Assembly (NCBI RefSeq): GCF_001194135.2 | Contig: NC_068981.1 | Span: 21,170,072-21,234,071 of the forward strand | DNA length: 64,000 bases | Direction of reading: 5' to 3' | Source: Octopus bimaculoides | Taxonomy: Eukaryota | Shown here: positions 12,889 through 26,399 of the stretch, in pieces | Layout of the letters: each line of letters starts with the position of its first letter | Numbering within the stretch: the stretch's first letter is position 1 | Made by a program: the position numbers and the translations under genes | The notes under the pieces: model-generated | Databases searched by the model: none | What the model was told of the DNA's origin: nothing | The model's input: only the letters and a program-made list of their open reading frames with translations

Positions 12889-14949
12889 CTCTAAACCAAT
12901 GTTTTTCAGGGTGTTGGTGTATGCCCCACCAGTGTAGCATAGGTAACTGAATGGGGTATATGTAACAAGTGAATAGAACTTGCAATAAAGTTATAATTAA
13001 AACTTCTTTTGATTATATTTATATATTCTATATATTATTTTGTTTGTTTATGGTGAGGAGTATGTTTTGTTGGAAAATCAAAGTGGAGTGTGGAACGATA
13101 AAGGTTGAGAAGCACTACTCTACGTGGTCAATGACCTGCTAGAAATAATTACCAAAATTCCATGAAATCACATCTTTCCTTCTTAAGAGAACAATGTAAT
13201 CCTTGATATATACTGAACAATGTAATGCTTGATACATAAAAAGATAGGATAGCCAAGGTTGGAAGCGTAATAAATAAATAAAAAAACTAAAAAAAAAAAC
13301 CCAAAAAACTAGTGAAATAGTTTAGTGAACACAAAAATCCATATAGTGACTTAAGGAGCAGAAATGAACTAGCAAGTGATTGAGGAAGTTTAAGCTCCTT
13401 CTATACTACCAGCAACAAAGTGCTTGTCTCTTCACATAAAATGTAAATTGTATAGTGTATGTGATGTTGATAGGAAACGGTATAAGTCAGGAGTGAGTGG
13501 AGAGGAATGAACTGTATGTGATCAGTTGTTTGATTGCAAATAATGAATTAAGTTTAAATATGTAAAGGAAGTGGTGCAGGTTTTAGACATGCCAGCATGG
13601 AAAACGGACATTAAATGATGATGATATCAGAAGTAAACACAAATTTGTGATATGATACCAGAATATAATAATGTTTATGTCCAATACCACACACACACAA
13701 CATATGATTTCCATGCTGGCATAGGCTAACTCATGTCAGCATGGAAAGTGGATATAAAATGATGATGATGAATGATGACAGCAATTATTTCAATTGAGCT
13801 GTGCATCTTCATCTTTATTTTTTTTTTTATATATATAATGTAACTTGTTTGGAACATTTCAATTATTATTAATTAGAGTAAATTTTATAAGTCTGAAAAA
13901 TGCTACAGGAAGCAAACAAAGCAAATCAAAAAAAAAATTCTACAAGAACTGTGGAATAAGAACTGAATATGACTTTGAAAAGAAACCCCCCAAAAACAAA
14001 AAAAAAACTAAAAAAAAAATTAAAATAATTTGATGAATTGCAATTTTGCAAGAAATTTAACAAGAAAGAGTAGAGTAGGAACTTTCAAAAGAAGAGAAAA
14101 GTGATGACATTCTTAGATCAAAATATTTTATAAAAAGTAGAATTGGACATATCTAGCATAAACATTTTATGGCAAGAAAATTCATCGTTTGGAATATGAA
14201 AAATAAGAACCTAAAATTTATTAAAATGATTGAACTCTATACAATTTTACCACGAAAACTGTAAATCAAAATAATAGATGAACCAGAGCTAAGAATACTT
14301 TAGGAACAGATGATTTGGGGTAAAATAATCATGGAAGTATACCTTTTAAGATGAAGAGTAACAACAAATGAACAAATATACAAATATATTCTTTATCAAC
14401 AAATGGAAGAATGGATCACTTTTACAATATGTATGGAAACTTAGGAAACAACTGCAAAAATAGATAAGTTATATCACATCAGAACATTAAAAATTGGTTT
14501 CTGAAGAGGAATTTAAGAAAGAATATGATTTGGACAGAATGTTAACAAAGCAAAAGCATACACAGAAGCAATGTGACAAGATGCAAATCAAAGTTTGGTT
14601 ATCTCTAAATAAGCAGTCAATAGAAAAGGCACATTCCAAAATTATAACAATAATTTTTCTATGAATCAGATTTCCTGAAAGATACAGGACTCTTCTGAAA
14701 TTTGGAAGAAATATAACTAAAACATGTGAAACTCAAATTCAAGTTATATGTAAGAACAACTGCACTAATAGAATGTCTGATGCATTTAGTAAATCAACTC
14801 ATAATAGAACAAGGAATGGCAATGATGAGCAAAATAATAACAGTTGTTATATGAATTGAACACAGAGTGCCAAGACAAGATGGTTACTGAACAAGAGAAA
14901 CTGAAGGTAATTAGTTTTTCAGAGGAAACATTAACATCCACTCCCCAAA

Positions 14950-16300
14950 ATGTCTTTTTTCAAATTAAAAAATGACAACACAGAATCCTGCTAGTTGAAC
15001 GTTTGTTTAGGAAAATCCATTTGTTTGATGATGAATCATTAGTTAGAAATAAAGGTGAATTTTGTCCAAAGAAAGAAAGGAGTAAAACACTTGATATTTA
15101 CTATGAATACATGAATTTTCCCCTTGAAATAACTGAAAATCCAATTTCTCAAAACAAGAACAGAACAATCTAAATGATCTATGAAAAAGATTGAAATTAA
15201 CATTTAAAGAAGCTGATGATGGTAATACTGTTGCTATTATGGATACAGATTATTATAAAAAAAAGTACTTAAGATATTAAATAAATAATATTACTATGAA
15301 AAAACAAACAACTATAAATAATCAAAAATAGCATGAAATTTACTGACTATCGAGTATGTACCATATATGTTTGATGAAAGGAGTTGACTAATGTATGCAA
15401 AATCAGACGCAAAAGCAGCAATTTCTATGGCTTACCTAAAATATATAAAAGTAAAGCTATTGGTGACATAAAGACACTAAAATCAAAGATATTAAAATAA
15501 AATCTCTAGATGATTTTAAATGAAGACTGATCATAGCAGGTTTTTAAACCATACTTAAAATATATATAGAGTTTTATTCAAGATGATCCAGATAAGCTTA
15601 ATTACTTACCAGAAACAGCAAACCAAAATACAATTACTGTTTCCTTTCATGTTGTAAATTTATATGCTAATATCAATCACAAGTAAGGAATAAATGCAAT
15701 TAAATATTGGCTTCATGCATATCAATTTGAATTAGCAGAATGCAGTCAAAAGATTTTATCAATAATGGGCTTAGATTTATATTACAAAATAATCATTTCA
15801 TAGTCAATGAATCAGTGTACTGACAAATATCAGAAACTGTAAGGGCACTAAAGTAGCCCTCATTTATGCTAGCTTTATAGATATTTGGGAACACATTTTA
15901 TGCACATTTAAAAGACAACTTGAAAATGTCTAGGTAGCTATTTTATTTCATAGCAGGATAAACTTATGGAATTTAAAAAATATGATTAACAATGAAAGCT
16001 ACAGTATTAAATTCACAGCAGAATTCAACCAGAAGAAACTACAATTTTTAAACAATTATGTAAACAGGTAAGACAGAAACAGACATTTACAATAAACTTA
16101 TAAATTCGAATTCAAAGCAGTAACTTTTCTTTACATCCTATCATTTTAAACATACAAGAATAACCATTACATTTAGCCTTACAAAAAAAAAAAAAAATTC
16201 ACAAAAGTATTGAACCTTACAGAGTACAAGCAAAAACTGGAAGAATCAAACAGTCTAATAGCAAATGGAACAGAAGTAAAATATATATTCATCTCCAGGA
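14950..16300 (+). mobile_element. Penelope-like element (PLE) reverse transcriptase remnant
   Basis: Across frames: LFDDESLVRNK..FCPKKER; LTFKEADDGNTVAIMDTDYY (cf. KxADKG); SNFYGLPKI; LKPYLKYI.SFIQDD...LNYLPE; VSFHVVNLYANI; GTKVA; IKFTAE. Many stops and frameshifts; GIY-YIG domain not seen. Confidence 0.85.
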
Positions 16301-16737
16301 AAGCAGTATTCAGTCAATGCCCTCATTTAAAACGTTTCCTACTTCAGACTTGGAAGTCTCCTTTTGTTGAATAACCGCCATCTCACCCGCAGCACGAACA
16401 TTTATCTTTTTGTTTACACAACTAACTGACCAGTATGTATTTCTTCCTCCAGTTGTAGAGAGGTCATGTGCCTTCAGTCATTTGAGTTTGATGAGTCACC
16501 TATACTGATAAGCACTCTATAGGTGTGAAACCAATGGTCACTATGACTGGCCATAACTTTTAACTTCCTAAAAAATATATTACTGCTCTCATGCTTTAGA
16601 GTGTGTGTTTTTTGAAGATATATGAACTACTGATGATATATACTGCATTCAAAAATATCACTTTCTTGTCTATATTATACAATACACATTTGATGCTTCT
16701 AAAAAATAAATTTGATTATATACATATGTGGTTGTTA

Positions 16738-16738
<1 letters not shown>

Positions 16739-16776
<38 letters not shown>

Positions 16777-16783
16777 ACATACA

Positions 16784-16819
<36 letters not shown>

Positions 16820-16835
16820 TCATGTTTGTGTGTGT
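16739..16835. repeat. Compound (TATC)n/(TACA)n/(TA)n/(TG)n microsatellite
   Basis: Read directly from the sequence. Confidence 0.95.
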
Positions 16836-17049
16836 GTGAGCATCTTAGTTTAAAAATAAGTACACTGCATCCAGCTATAAAACATGACTTCAGAAAAATA
16901 GTTCAATCCATGCCAGCATGGAAAAGTAAACATAAAACACATGATGATGATGATGATATATGCAAATTTCACAATCGTTGTTTTCAATGCTGACTTTTTC
17001 AAGCTTTGCATAAGTTGGATGGGTCTTTAGTACAGTATCTCAGCATTTA

Positions 17050-17420
17050 TTGTGGTACTTTATCTCTTACACAACATTGAGATCAATCTTTACTAACTTT
17101 CTCATGTCTTCCTCTTCCGCAGGTTGCTTCTACTGCTCATTTGTACTCTTGTCATTCATGCACATTAACATTCCACATTCAATGAAACAATGCTTACTTC
17201 ATTTCTTTCCAGCATTTCCACACATTGCATTTTCATTTCTAATGTTTCAATACTGCACAACATTGTACTTTACACATAAGCAAAATACAATAGCTGCATG
17301 GACTTTTTCCATCCTGTTCTTACTCTGGTTATTATACTTTAAGAACTTTCATCTCCACGACTGATTAGGCCACCTAAATAATTATATCTATCAACTACTT
17401 CTAGGGAGCTTTTCAAGCAT
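17050..17420 (-). mobile_element. Decayed RTE LINE RT C-terminal fragment
   Basis: Minus-strand translation EVVDRYNYLGGLIS..ITRVRTGWKK..MLERNEVS resembles RTE (YLG..IS..RIR.GW.KF..RRLERNEAS). Confidence 0.6.
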
Positions 17421-17904
17421 TTGAAACAATTTGACAATTTGCTTTTTTGGTTCACTACTTCTGTGAATATGAAGTTTTTCCCTCTCTGTCAGCCTGTTTG
17501 GGATTCCACTGCATTTCTTATGGACTTACTGTTAACATTTGGAACACAATACAGAGTTCCTACCAACACTTTTCCAATATACTGAGTATGAACTCTACCC
17601 TGATAGCAGTAAGGCTCTGTCTTTTTTTCTAGTTAATTAAAACTTTTGTCTTGTCTATGTTTACTTAGACAATTCTTGATTCTAGGTTCACTTGTATATT
17701 TCAAATTATTTCCTAATAATTCTTTGAAAGATTCAACCAAGAACTAGACACATACATACTTCTTAACCATACAACCACAGTTGTATGTATGTATTGTGCG
17801 TGTGTGTGTGCACATATTTATATACAAAATTATGTTATATTACATCATCACAATCATGACATAATTACACACACACACACGCACACACTATAATCAAGCA
17901 TGGG

Positions 17905-18320
17905 TGTGTGTGGTTAAGAAGCTTGTTTTCCAAACCAGCAGTATTTGGTTCATTCCTGTTGTGTGGCACCTTGAGTGCCACACAAGTGTCTTCTACTATA
18001 ACCCTGTGCTGACCACTTTGAATAGATACAGCTGATGAAAACTGAAAGAGGCTTGTTGTGTGTGTGTGTGTGCATGTATGCATATGTATGGGTGTGTGTA
18101 CTTTTGTCTTGACGTCACATGATGGATGTAAATGAGCATCATCATCATACAAAAGCAGTCAATTTCCAGACTTCCATGAAAAACATATCCAGCAATGGGA
18201 AAATATTACCTTGTTTGGAAACAAGTGAGCGTTGGTAACAAGAAGGGCATCAGATAGAAAATCTGCTTTCACAAATGCTGTCTGAGTCATGGAAGCATGG
18301 AAAAGTGGATGCCAGATGAT
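17905..18320 (+). mobile_element. tRNA-derived SINE, near full length
   Basis: Head gtgtggttaagaagcttgtt...ggttcattcc, (TG)n linker, body and aagcatggaaaagtgga...gatgat tail. Confidence 0.8.
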
Positions 18321-18323
18321 ATA

Positions 18324-19140
18324 CAGGGTGTCCCAAAAGTCACTGATGGATATCAATTTTTAATAACTTCCTTAACTCTTCAAATAAATGCAGGAAATTT
18401 TGCAACACCACTACATCACATATCAAAAATGACATCACTTAAATGGCAGACATTTTCGGCTTCGCAAGCCTGTGTTCTTTCCAAAACCTGCATCATAAAA
18501 CCCTCAAGAGTTTCAAATCCTACTTCTCTGATTTCTCTACTGATGTTCTCCTTCAGTTGCACCAGGGTCTCCAGTTTGTTGATGTAAACCATCTCTTTCA
18601 GGTATCCATGATTGAGACCTTTTGTGCCCAGCCAATCAAAGTAGGCCTCACACATGGTTCCAGCAAGATGGGGCAACTTCCCATACCGCAAGAGAAATAA
18701 TGCAGTTGCTACGGCAGTGCTTTGGAGAGAGAATAATCTCCCGCTACGGCAATGTCAACTGGCCTTCACTTTCCCCAGACTTGACAAGTCCAGATTTTTC
18801 TTGTGGGGATACCTGAAAGATAGGGTTTATGTCAACAAACTGGAGACCCTGGTATAACTGAAGGAGAACAAGAATAGAGAAATCAGAGAAGTGAGGTCTG
18901 AAACTCTTGAGGGTGTTATGGTGCAAGTTTTGGAAAGAGCACGGGCCTGTGAAGCCGAAAATGGCTGCTATTTAAGCAATGTCATTTTCCCTCTGTGATG
19001 TAGTGGTGTTGCAAAATTTAACTTGTGCATATTAATTGCCCTTACATCCTTTATATTGTATCAAAACTTCATACATTTATTTGTAGAGTTAAGGAAGTTA
19101 TTAAAAATTAAAACTCATCAGTGACTTTTGGGACACCCTG
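18324..19140 (+). mobile_element. Tc1/mariner-superfamily DD41D (rosa-like) non-autonomous fold-back element
   Basis: TA TSDs; termini CAGGGTGTCCCAAAAGTCACTGATG. Arms 18324-18607 and 18807-19140 are inverted copies. Spacer encodes WFQQDGATSH...WPSLSPDLTSPDF with 41 residues between the two Asp. Confidence 0.9.
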
Positions 19141-19171
19141 TATGTATGTATGTATGTATGTACGTACGTAC

Positions 19172-19202
<31 letters not shown>

Positions 19203-19225
19203 TATACACACACACACACACACAT

Positions 19226-19268
<43 letters not shown>

Positions 19269-19725
19269 CACATACATATGGAGGGAGAGTTATTTTGTAG
19301 ATATATTTACACACATAATTATACATGTATAATTAAATTTAATTACCTACATAGAGTCACACACACACACACACACACATTTACTGTATACTCACAGAGA
19401 TCAATATGTCTCAAATATATAATTTTTCTGAATTTAAGGTTTTCTTCCCTTATGGAAGTAATGAATGACCATAAAACATAGGGAGAAATATATTGAAAAC
19501 TATAATAAAGCGAAGAAGGTAAATAGGTATGAGGTAGCTTGTTGCAATATAGTTGGGTCATATGATGGGCAGATGACTAGAAGTGCAGAAAGGAGACATA
19601 CAGCAAGAAGACATTGATATAGTAAAAAAAGTGATCATAATTACATTACTAACAATTTATTTTATGAATAATAGCATTTAATCCTATTTGATTAAACACT
19701 GCTACGATACTGATCCATCATTGTA

Positions 19726-20373
19726 GTACTCCACAGAGGCGATTATTAAATGATGGTGTAATCTATGAAATAACAACATCAAAAGATGTAGGAAAATAGT
19801 TAAGTGGTGATTTAACAGGATTATAAGTGAGAGAGGAGAGAATCTGAGGTTAAAAGCTAAAATCCATTAAAAATTTTTTACAAACATATGTAAGTATCCA
19901 CATTTTTACAAGACTATTCAACTAGATAGGGAAGGAAGAGATGACAGTACACACACATACAGAACACACCAGTAGCAGTGGTTGGGTATTAACAGGAATA
20001 TGAATGGCATGAACTGTAGTAGTAAGTGTTTTATGGATGCATGCTCTAACACTAACTACTCCAATGTGAAGTGAAAGTACTGCTGTCTATTTAGCTTGGA
20101 TAGAAGACTGTTTTCAGTTGTGATTCAATCCATGCAGTATTATCATAAATAAATATCAATTGTAGATATAATAATATTTCAACAATTTTAACAGCTTATG
20201 TGGTACTCCGCAGAGACAGCTATCAAATGATGTTGTAATCTATATGAAATAACAGCACCAAAATATGTTTCAGAAAAATAGTTTAGTAACGATTTAACAG
20301 AATTGCATGTAAGTGAGGAGGGAAATCTGAGTCTAATAGTTAAAATCTATGAAAAGAAATTTACAAACATATG
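19726..20373 (+). repeat. Diverged ~165-170 bp direct repeat, two copies (19726-19890 and 20203-20373)
   Basis: Both begin GTACTCC(A/G)CAGAG..AAATGATG(G/T)TGTAATCTAT, share GATTTAACAG and AATCTGAG, and end CAAACATATG. Confidence 0.85.
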
Positions 20374-22974
20374 CAGACAGATATAGCTAAAGAGAAACAA
20401 AAACTAATATTTAAGAAGAGCATCAACAGCAGCAGTGACTGCAGCAGAGTGACAGCAGCAGTAGAGGTAGGACAAAAGTAGGATGATTTTCTTCTTTTAC
20501 AGTAGTAAGTGACTACAATTTTACCAATAGTGTTACTAAGGAAACAGGCAGAAATTCAGCAAGAGTTCCTGCTTTGCTATCGATCTGTCATGCCAGATAG
20601 ACAAGCAAGCAGCAGCAGCAGCAGGAGTAATAGTAGCAGCAACAGCAGCAGTAGTAAGCAGTGATGTCATTCTCCTGCTTTTCTACTCAATGAATGAACG
20701 TCATCAAGTCTGAGAAATAGATTGAAACAAGATGTAGTTGTTCTATCAAGCAGCTGGATTGGGAAACGTTGGAAGATAATATTGCAAGTGATCAGTGATA
20801 AAATATATAAGATAGGGTGACTTTTAGTTGTTGGTGATTGGCAACAACTAATGACAGTTCATGAAGCTCTGTTATAATAAAACATGGCTACTGCAGTAGT
20901 GACAACTGGCAGAATAGTTAGCCAACAACAATCAATACTAGGGCTTGAAATGAAACAAGTCCAATAAACATGCAGAAGCATGGCAAAATACCTGAGCAGT
21001 ATGTAATGTATAGGATTGTGAATACATTTTCTTTGTACTGTAATAATATTAAACATGTTGGAGATATGTTAGAAATTGATACTTTAAATGAAGAACATCT
21101 GATATTTTACATACTACATGCAACTGGACATAACATTATAAAACATTCACGTGAAATACAGGGGACATTACACATTAATTAAATACAGATACTGCTATAT
21201 GTTAATCGCAAATGAGACTATGATAAACATGACATTACGTGGTAAACACAAACAATGCTACAAGTTAAATGCAAATGCCATAAAAGAAGCAACTCGTTTA
21301 AGTACTTTTGTAATTATTTTATAAAATTATGGATTATAGGTTATTAAAACTAAGCAAAATGGTTATAAGTTGCTTCATTCTACCAAAACTTTTAGAGTAA
21401 AAGTGTTGAATTAGAGGATGAAAAATATTTAAAAAGGCTTTATAACCTCTAATTTGACAGCTCTGAATTCATATTCTACTAGTGGCAATCATATATTGCA
21501 TTATTGTCAAATATTAATGTAGCTATGGCAATGAAGCAAATAACCATACTCTTACAACAATACATCATGCCAAGAAAAGAAATTAGTGAGGAAGTTCTAA
21601 GATATAATAATGGTGTATAGGAAGGTGGATTTGCTGAGCTCATTAATGACATAAGTGGGAAGAAGTAGTTCTAGATGGGCATTTAAAGTGAACTCTTTGC
21701 TAAATTTACTAAGCCCTTCAACATTACAATATTTCATAACCAACTGTAGGAAGATATCTACATTATACATAGTGGAAGGGGGAAATATCTTAGATACAAG
21801 TATTTAAACTTTTCAAAAAATGTTTCCATTTATTTATTGATTTTGTTTTTACGATTTGATAACATCTATTTGAAAATTACTTTTCTTTTCAAGCAAATGG
21901 TACACTATGAAAGATTGTTTCAATCACTTCTTGTATTCATTAATTATAGCCACAGCCAATAAATTGGCATAATTATTTCTAGTATTTCAAGTTTAAGATA
22001 AAAATTCAGTGTTACGAAATTTGTGTGGCTATAAGACAACACTCAATCAAACTGGCAAAAGAATATTTTTCTTGCATGTTATAATTCAATTTAAACATAG
22101 AATATAGAGGCATCAATTATTTGTAGAGCCCTAAGTTAGTCCTATTTTAGCAGACAACAAAGGTGATCCATCATTAGCCAGTCTGTCGTGTCCTTTTTAA
22201 AAAACAGTAAAGGGCAGTTTGATGGAGACTTCTAACAGACTGAGTGATCATCCCGTGTTAACTCAAGACATCAATTAGGTAAAACTAGAAATCCAGGTCC
22301 ATCTATACCAAATGGGGCACACACTGAAAAACAAAAAAAAACCCCACTCAACTGGAGAATGAAATTACCCTTCCATTATGTCCTTGAATGCAACAGTAAG
22401 TTGCAATGAAGATATTTTTATATAGTTTTATGAACTGAACTGAAATTTAGGTTAAATTCATGAATATTATTAAGTGTTACAAATTTTTGTAAAATCAATG
22501 AAACTGAATAGTCTGTTGTATATTGTAGTAACTTAGCTGAGATATAAATAATTAGTTTTGCTCCAAAGATTTAAAGTAATGTTTCTATTACATAACTATT
22601 CACAAATAACTTGTGAAGGAAGCCAATGTCAAAACTGTTGTCTATAATCTTATTTTCCACACTAATATTCCAACACTTGGCTGGTTGAGACAATTGAAAC
22701 TTGTTCTTCATATAAGTCTTCATTTTCCATCATAACCCCCCCACCACCACTACCACCACCAAAAACCTTTTGTTTTACTTTATTAATTTACAAGATCTAA
22801 CTAGAACTAAGAGAATCTCAGAAAGTGGTAATCAAAAAATAGACTTATGGAGAATAGCACAAAATGAATTCAAAGATCTGTTCTTTGGTGACACAGCAAT
22901 GCTAATCATCATCATCATCATCAATACCACCACCGCCGTCACCGCCACCACCACCATTTTCACACACACTTTTC

Positions 22975-23362
22975 CATGCTTACATGGATCAAATGGAATT
23001 GGTTGAGGCAGTTTTCTATGGTTGGATGCACTTCATGTCATCAATCCTCATGTGTTTCCAAGTAAGTTAATATTTCCTCTCAGCCAGATACAGTTTTACA
23101 GAAGATTGGAAATGAATGGCACCACTTGTATGATGATGGCACGACTTTCACACAATATCAAGGACTCTCACACACACACAAACACACACACACAAATGTA
23201 TATACATGACAGGCTTCTTTTAGTTTCTTTCTACCAAATCCAATGACAAAAAATTTGGTTGGTTCAGAGCCATAATAGAAGACACTTACTCATGGTGCTA
23301 TGCAATGGGACTGAATCAGAAACCATGTGGTTGGGAAGCAAGCTGCTTACCACACAGCCATG
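22975..23362 (-). mobile_element. tRNA-derived SINE, near full length
   Basis: Reverse complement of the 3625/17905 family (...gaaaccatgtggttgggaagcaagctgcttaccacacagccatgcc). Confidence 0.8.
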
Positions 23363-25029
23363 CCTGTGCTAATGCTAAATGCAAATGTGCATTGTATATG
23401 CACTTATAAGAGAGCTTGATTATATGAAGATATAACATCTGGCACTCTTACAAGTTCAGTGCTTTAATCAGTGTTTCTATGAAATGAAGTTGAGCAAATG
23501 TACATATCAAAATTAAAAATGGATGTTGTAATGGTAATAGCATACATATACTTTTGGAATAAGTGATTTGCTACAATATTTTTTTTGGTATCACACTATT
23601 TAGTTATGTTGTATTACATTTGTAATCCTTTTTATAATGAACAGGTTTACCTACCTAGACTTGTTGAATAAGAGTACTAAAAATTAAAACTTCTTTTGTG
23701 AGTCTTCAGTTTGTGGATGAAAATTAAACCTCCTGTAGATATAATTACTATTCTAGTGGTAATGTTGGTAAGCAGTTTCAAACATCGTTTTCTACTTCAC
23801 CAACTGTTTTAACTTTCACAAGTCAGCATACTCTAGAAGTTATCTTTAGAGACAAGATGGTAATCAGGTTTCCATAACTTTCATTTAATTTTTTTAACAA
23901 AATTGAATTAATATATTTAATACATAATTTTTTTTAAATAACAATCAGAATAAAATGTCATCTTCATCACTGTTAAGTCTTGTGACATTTTGAAGTAGGG
24001 AGCAATCTGATACCTCTAAACATTTTTTACCCAATAACAAAAACTGTTAAATTCACTTTTCATTTATTTTTTTAAGATGTCAAAAGTTTGGTTATACAAT
24101 ATAATTTGGCCACAGACCCAGTTTTCACTACAACTGTTTGTAACTGAAACTGTCAGCAACAGGCTGCAGTTGTGCAATGAAAACTGATATCCGAAAAAAT
24201 AAATGGAAAGTGAATTTAAGAGTTTTATTGTGTGTTTTTAGATAGTTAAAATGGCTCTTGTATGAAGTAACTGTTCCAATTTCAAGAGGCAGTCTCAGAT
24301 CAAATCACCTGTTAGATATACAAAACTCTGAATTTTCCTTTGAAGTTTCCCACTAAAAGTTTACAAATAAACTTGAAACCCAATAATATAACTGACAGTG
24401 TTTATGAAATTTAAATTTTACAGCAGCAGATTTCTTTCGTACAGAGAACTATCAAATTTTGAAAGGTATTCAATTATTCAGATATGGTCAGTCTTTACAA
24501 ATATCAAAGCCAAAGCAGTAGGTGTTTTTATTTGGACTCCATGGTAGCAACTTCTAAATTTCAAACTCAATACCTATCAGAGACCACACAAAATGCACAG
24601 AATGGACGATTGGAATTTAACACAGAGATTTTGATAGTGCACATCTCTAATTTTATATTATTAACAGAATTTACAATAGGACTAAATTTTTACAGTATTT
24701 AAAAAGATTTTCAAAATTTAAATTTTGCCATGAAAGCCAAAACAAACCAAATAAAATAGAATCATCTTTAAATAAGTAGTAATTTAACTCAGCAATATAA
24801 AAGATGAAAGCTGATCCATGATTCATGCAAATATATTATCAAGTCTTGTGTCTTTGCTGCAATCAAGGTGAAAGTAGCTATTTGAAATCAAAGATCCACT
24901 TAATAACGGAATGGTCAGAAACAGAAACAGCACAGGGCTATAAAAACATTTACGCAAACAATATGCAAATATTGTGAAAAAAAAAACAAAAAGACAATCT
25001 AGCAATACTAGAATCATTGTCATCATCAT

Positions 25030-25700
25030 AACACCCACTTTTTCATGCTTGCATAGGTCAGATAAAATTTGTCAAGGCAGATTTTTTACAGACACATGCC
25101 CTTCCTGTAACCAATGCTCACTTGTTTCCAAGTGAGGCAATAGAAGTAATATTTTCCCATGGTTAGACATGTTTCTATGGAAGATTGGAATGCTATGACA
25201 GTGATACTTGTTTACAACTATCATGTGGTGAAGACAAGGTAACAAAAACATACCTTCACACACATGCATGCATACACACACACACATATATATATATACA
25301 ACTTGCTGGGTTTGAACTGAGATGTATAAAAGGAAATAACTAAATGCTGAATGTCCTTTTGTCCAGTGTTGTATTGATTCTGGCCACCACTGTTATATGT
25401 TGTAACATAATCACGTGATTAACCAGACTGTTGGATGTTGTTATACATTGCTGGTCACAATGTGCTTTGCATTGTTTTAGCTTTTGAATGATACCACCCT
25501 GATGGTTAGGCAAGCAGGGCAACATTATCTCTCATTGGAAGGCAAGTTGTTGTAGAATTACCTGTTTACAGTTGAGTAGACTGGAGCAGTGTGATATGAA
25601 GTGTTTTGCTCAAGACCACAATGCAAAGCCAGTCTGGCAATCAAACTCATGATCTTATAATCGTGAGTGCAACTTGTCTAACCACTAGGCCTTGTGTCTT
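25030..25700 (-). mobile_element. Two SINE/retroposon fragments (25030-25260 and ~25490-25700)
   Basis: Body motifs cttgtttccaagtgaggcaa..atattttcccatgg and acctgtttacagttgagtagactggagcagtgtg shared with other copies. Confidence 0.6.
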
Positions 25701-25884
25701 CACTATGACATAATAATAGTAACTAAGTAAGAGAATACCAAACTGTTTATGTATCTCTGATCCTTATACCAGTTTAAAAGATATTTTAAAGAAATGGTTG
25801 CACAGACTTTAAGCAGATAAACAAAATATTGTGTATTTCAATATAATCAGTTTAGTAATTCCAGTAAACTACTTATCATCAACA

Positions 25885-26160
25885 TCATAATTGTCGTTTA
25901 ATGTTGGCCATCCATGCTGGCATGGGTTGGATAGTTTAACAGGAGCTGGCCTGGCAGGAGCCTGCACCAGGCTTCTGTGTCTGTTTTGGCACAGTTTTTA
26001 CAGCTGGATGCCCTTCCTAACAGCAACCACCACCCAGAAGAGTAGACAGTGTTTTTTATGTGGCACAAGCTCAGGTGAGGTCAGTTTTGGCATGGTTTTT
26101 ACAGTTGGATGCCCTTCCAAATGCCAAACACTTTACAGTGTAGACTAGATGCTTTTTGAG
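25885..26160 (-). mobile_element. RTE-type 3' tail fragment
   Basis: catcat..cgtttaatg..ccatgctggcatgggttggatag...ttttacagctggatgcccttcctaa. Confidence 0.75.
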
Positions 26161-26399
26161 TGGAGTTATATATATAGAAGTAATTTCAACAATGAAGGAG
26201 GAAAAATGAATTATCATATTGCAAAATCCCTAGAGAAAACGGGATTTCTCTTCAGATAGTAGTTCTTACAGACCTCTACTCTTACCCTAATTTATCCTTG
26301 TATATAAAAATTCTCCCATGCATACATACACACATATACCATCATAAAGACACACTTGTGCAAATGTGTGCATGTGTCTGCCTGTCTATATAGGTAGAG

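Noticed and set aside
13880-14500. Possible L1/Tx1 ORF2 C-terminal remnant (MARKFIVWNMK; LQYVWKLRK)
   Set aside because: Only two short motifs in very AT-rich sequence; not enough to support a feature.
16497-16545. Hammerhead-like CTGATAA..GAAAC-CAATG-GTC just after the PLE RT remnant
   Set aside because: G8 is mutated, stem I does not pair, and an 8-bp alternative hairpin (CACCTATA/TATAGGTG) sequesters the core. At best a dead relic.
17190-17250. ATGAA|GTAAGC on the minus strand, resembling the end of Galpha-o exon 2
   Set aside because: The upstream frame reads WKCWKEMK, not GAGESGKSTIVKQMK, and it lies in an RTE remnant.
20485-20510. TTTTCTTCTTTTACAG-TA-GTAAGT, a possible micro-exon or recursive splice site
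   Set aside because: It is on the plus strand (antisense to the gene) and is not an AG|GT junction.
23652-23729. 78-nt minus-strand pseudo-exon (CTACAG...CTAG|GTAGGT)
   Set aside because: Weak polypyrimidine tract and an in-frame stop in the Galpha-o phase; expected by chance.
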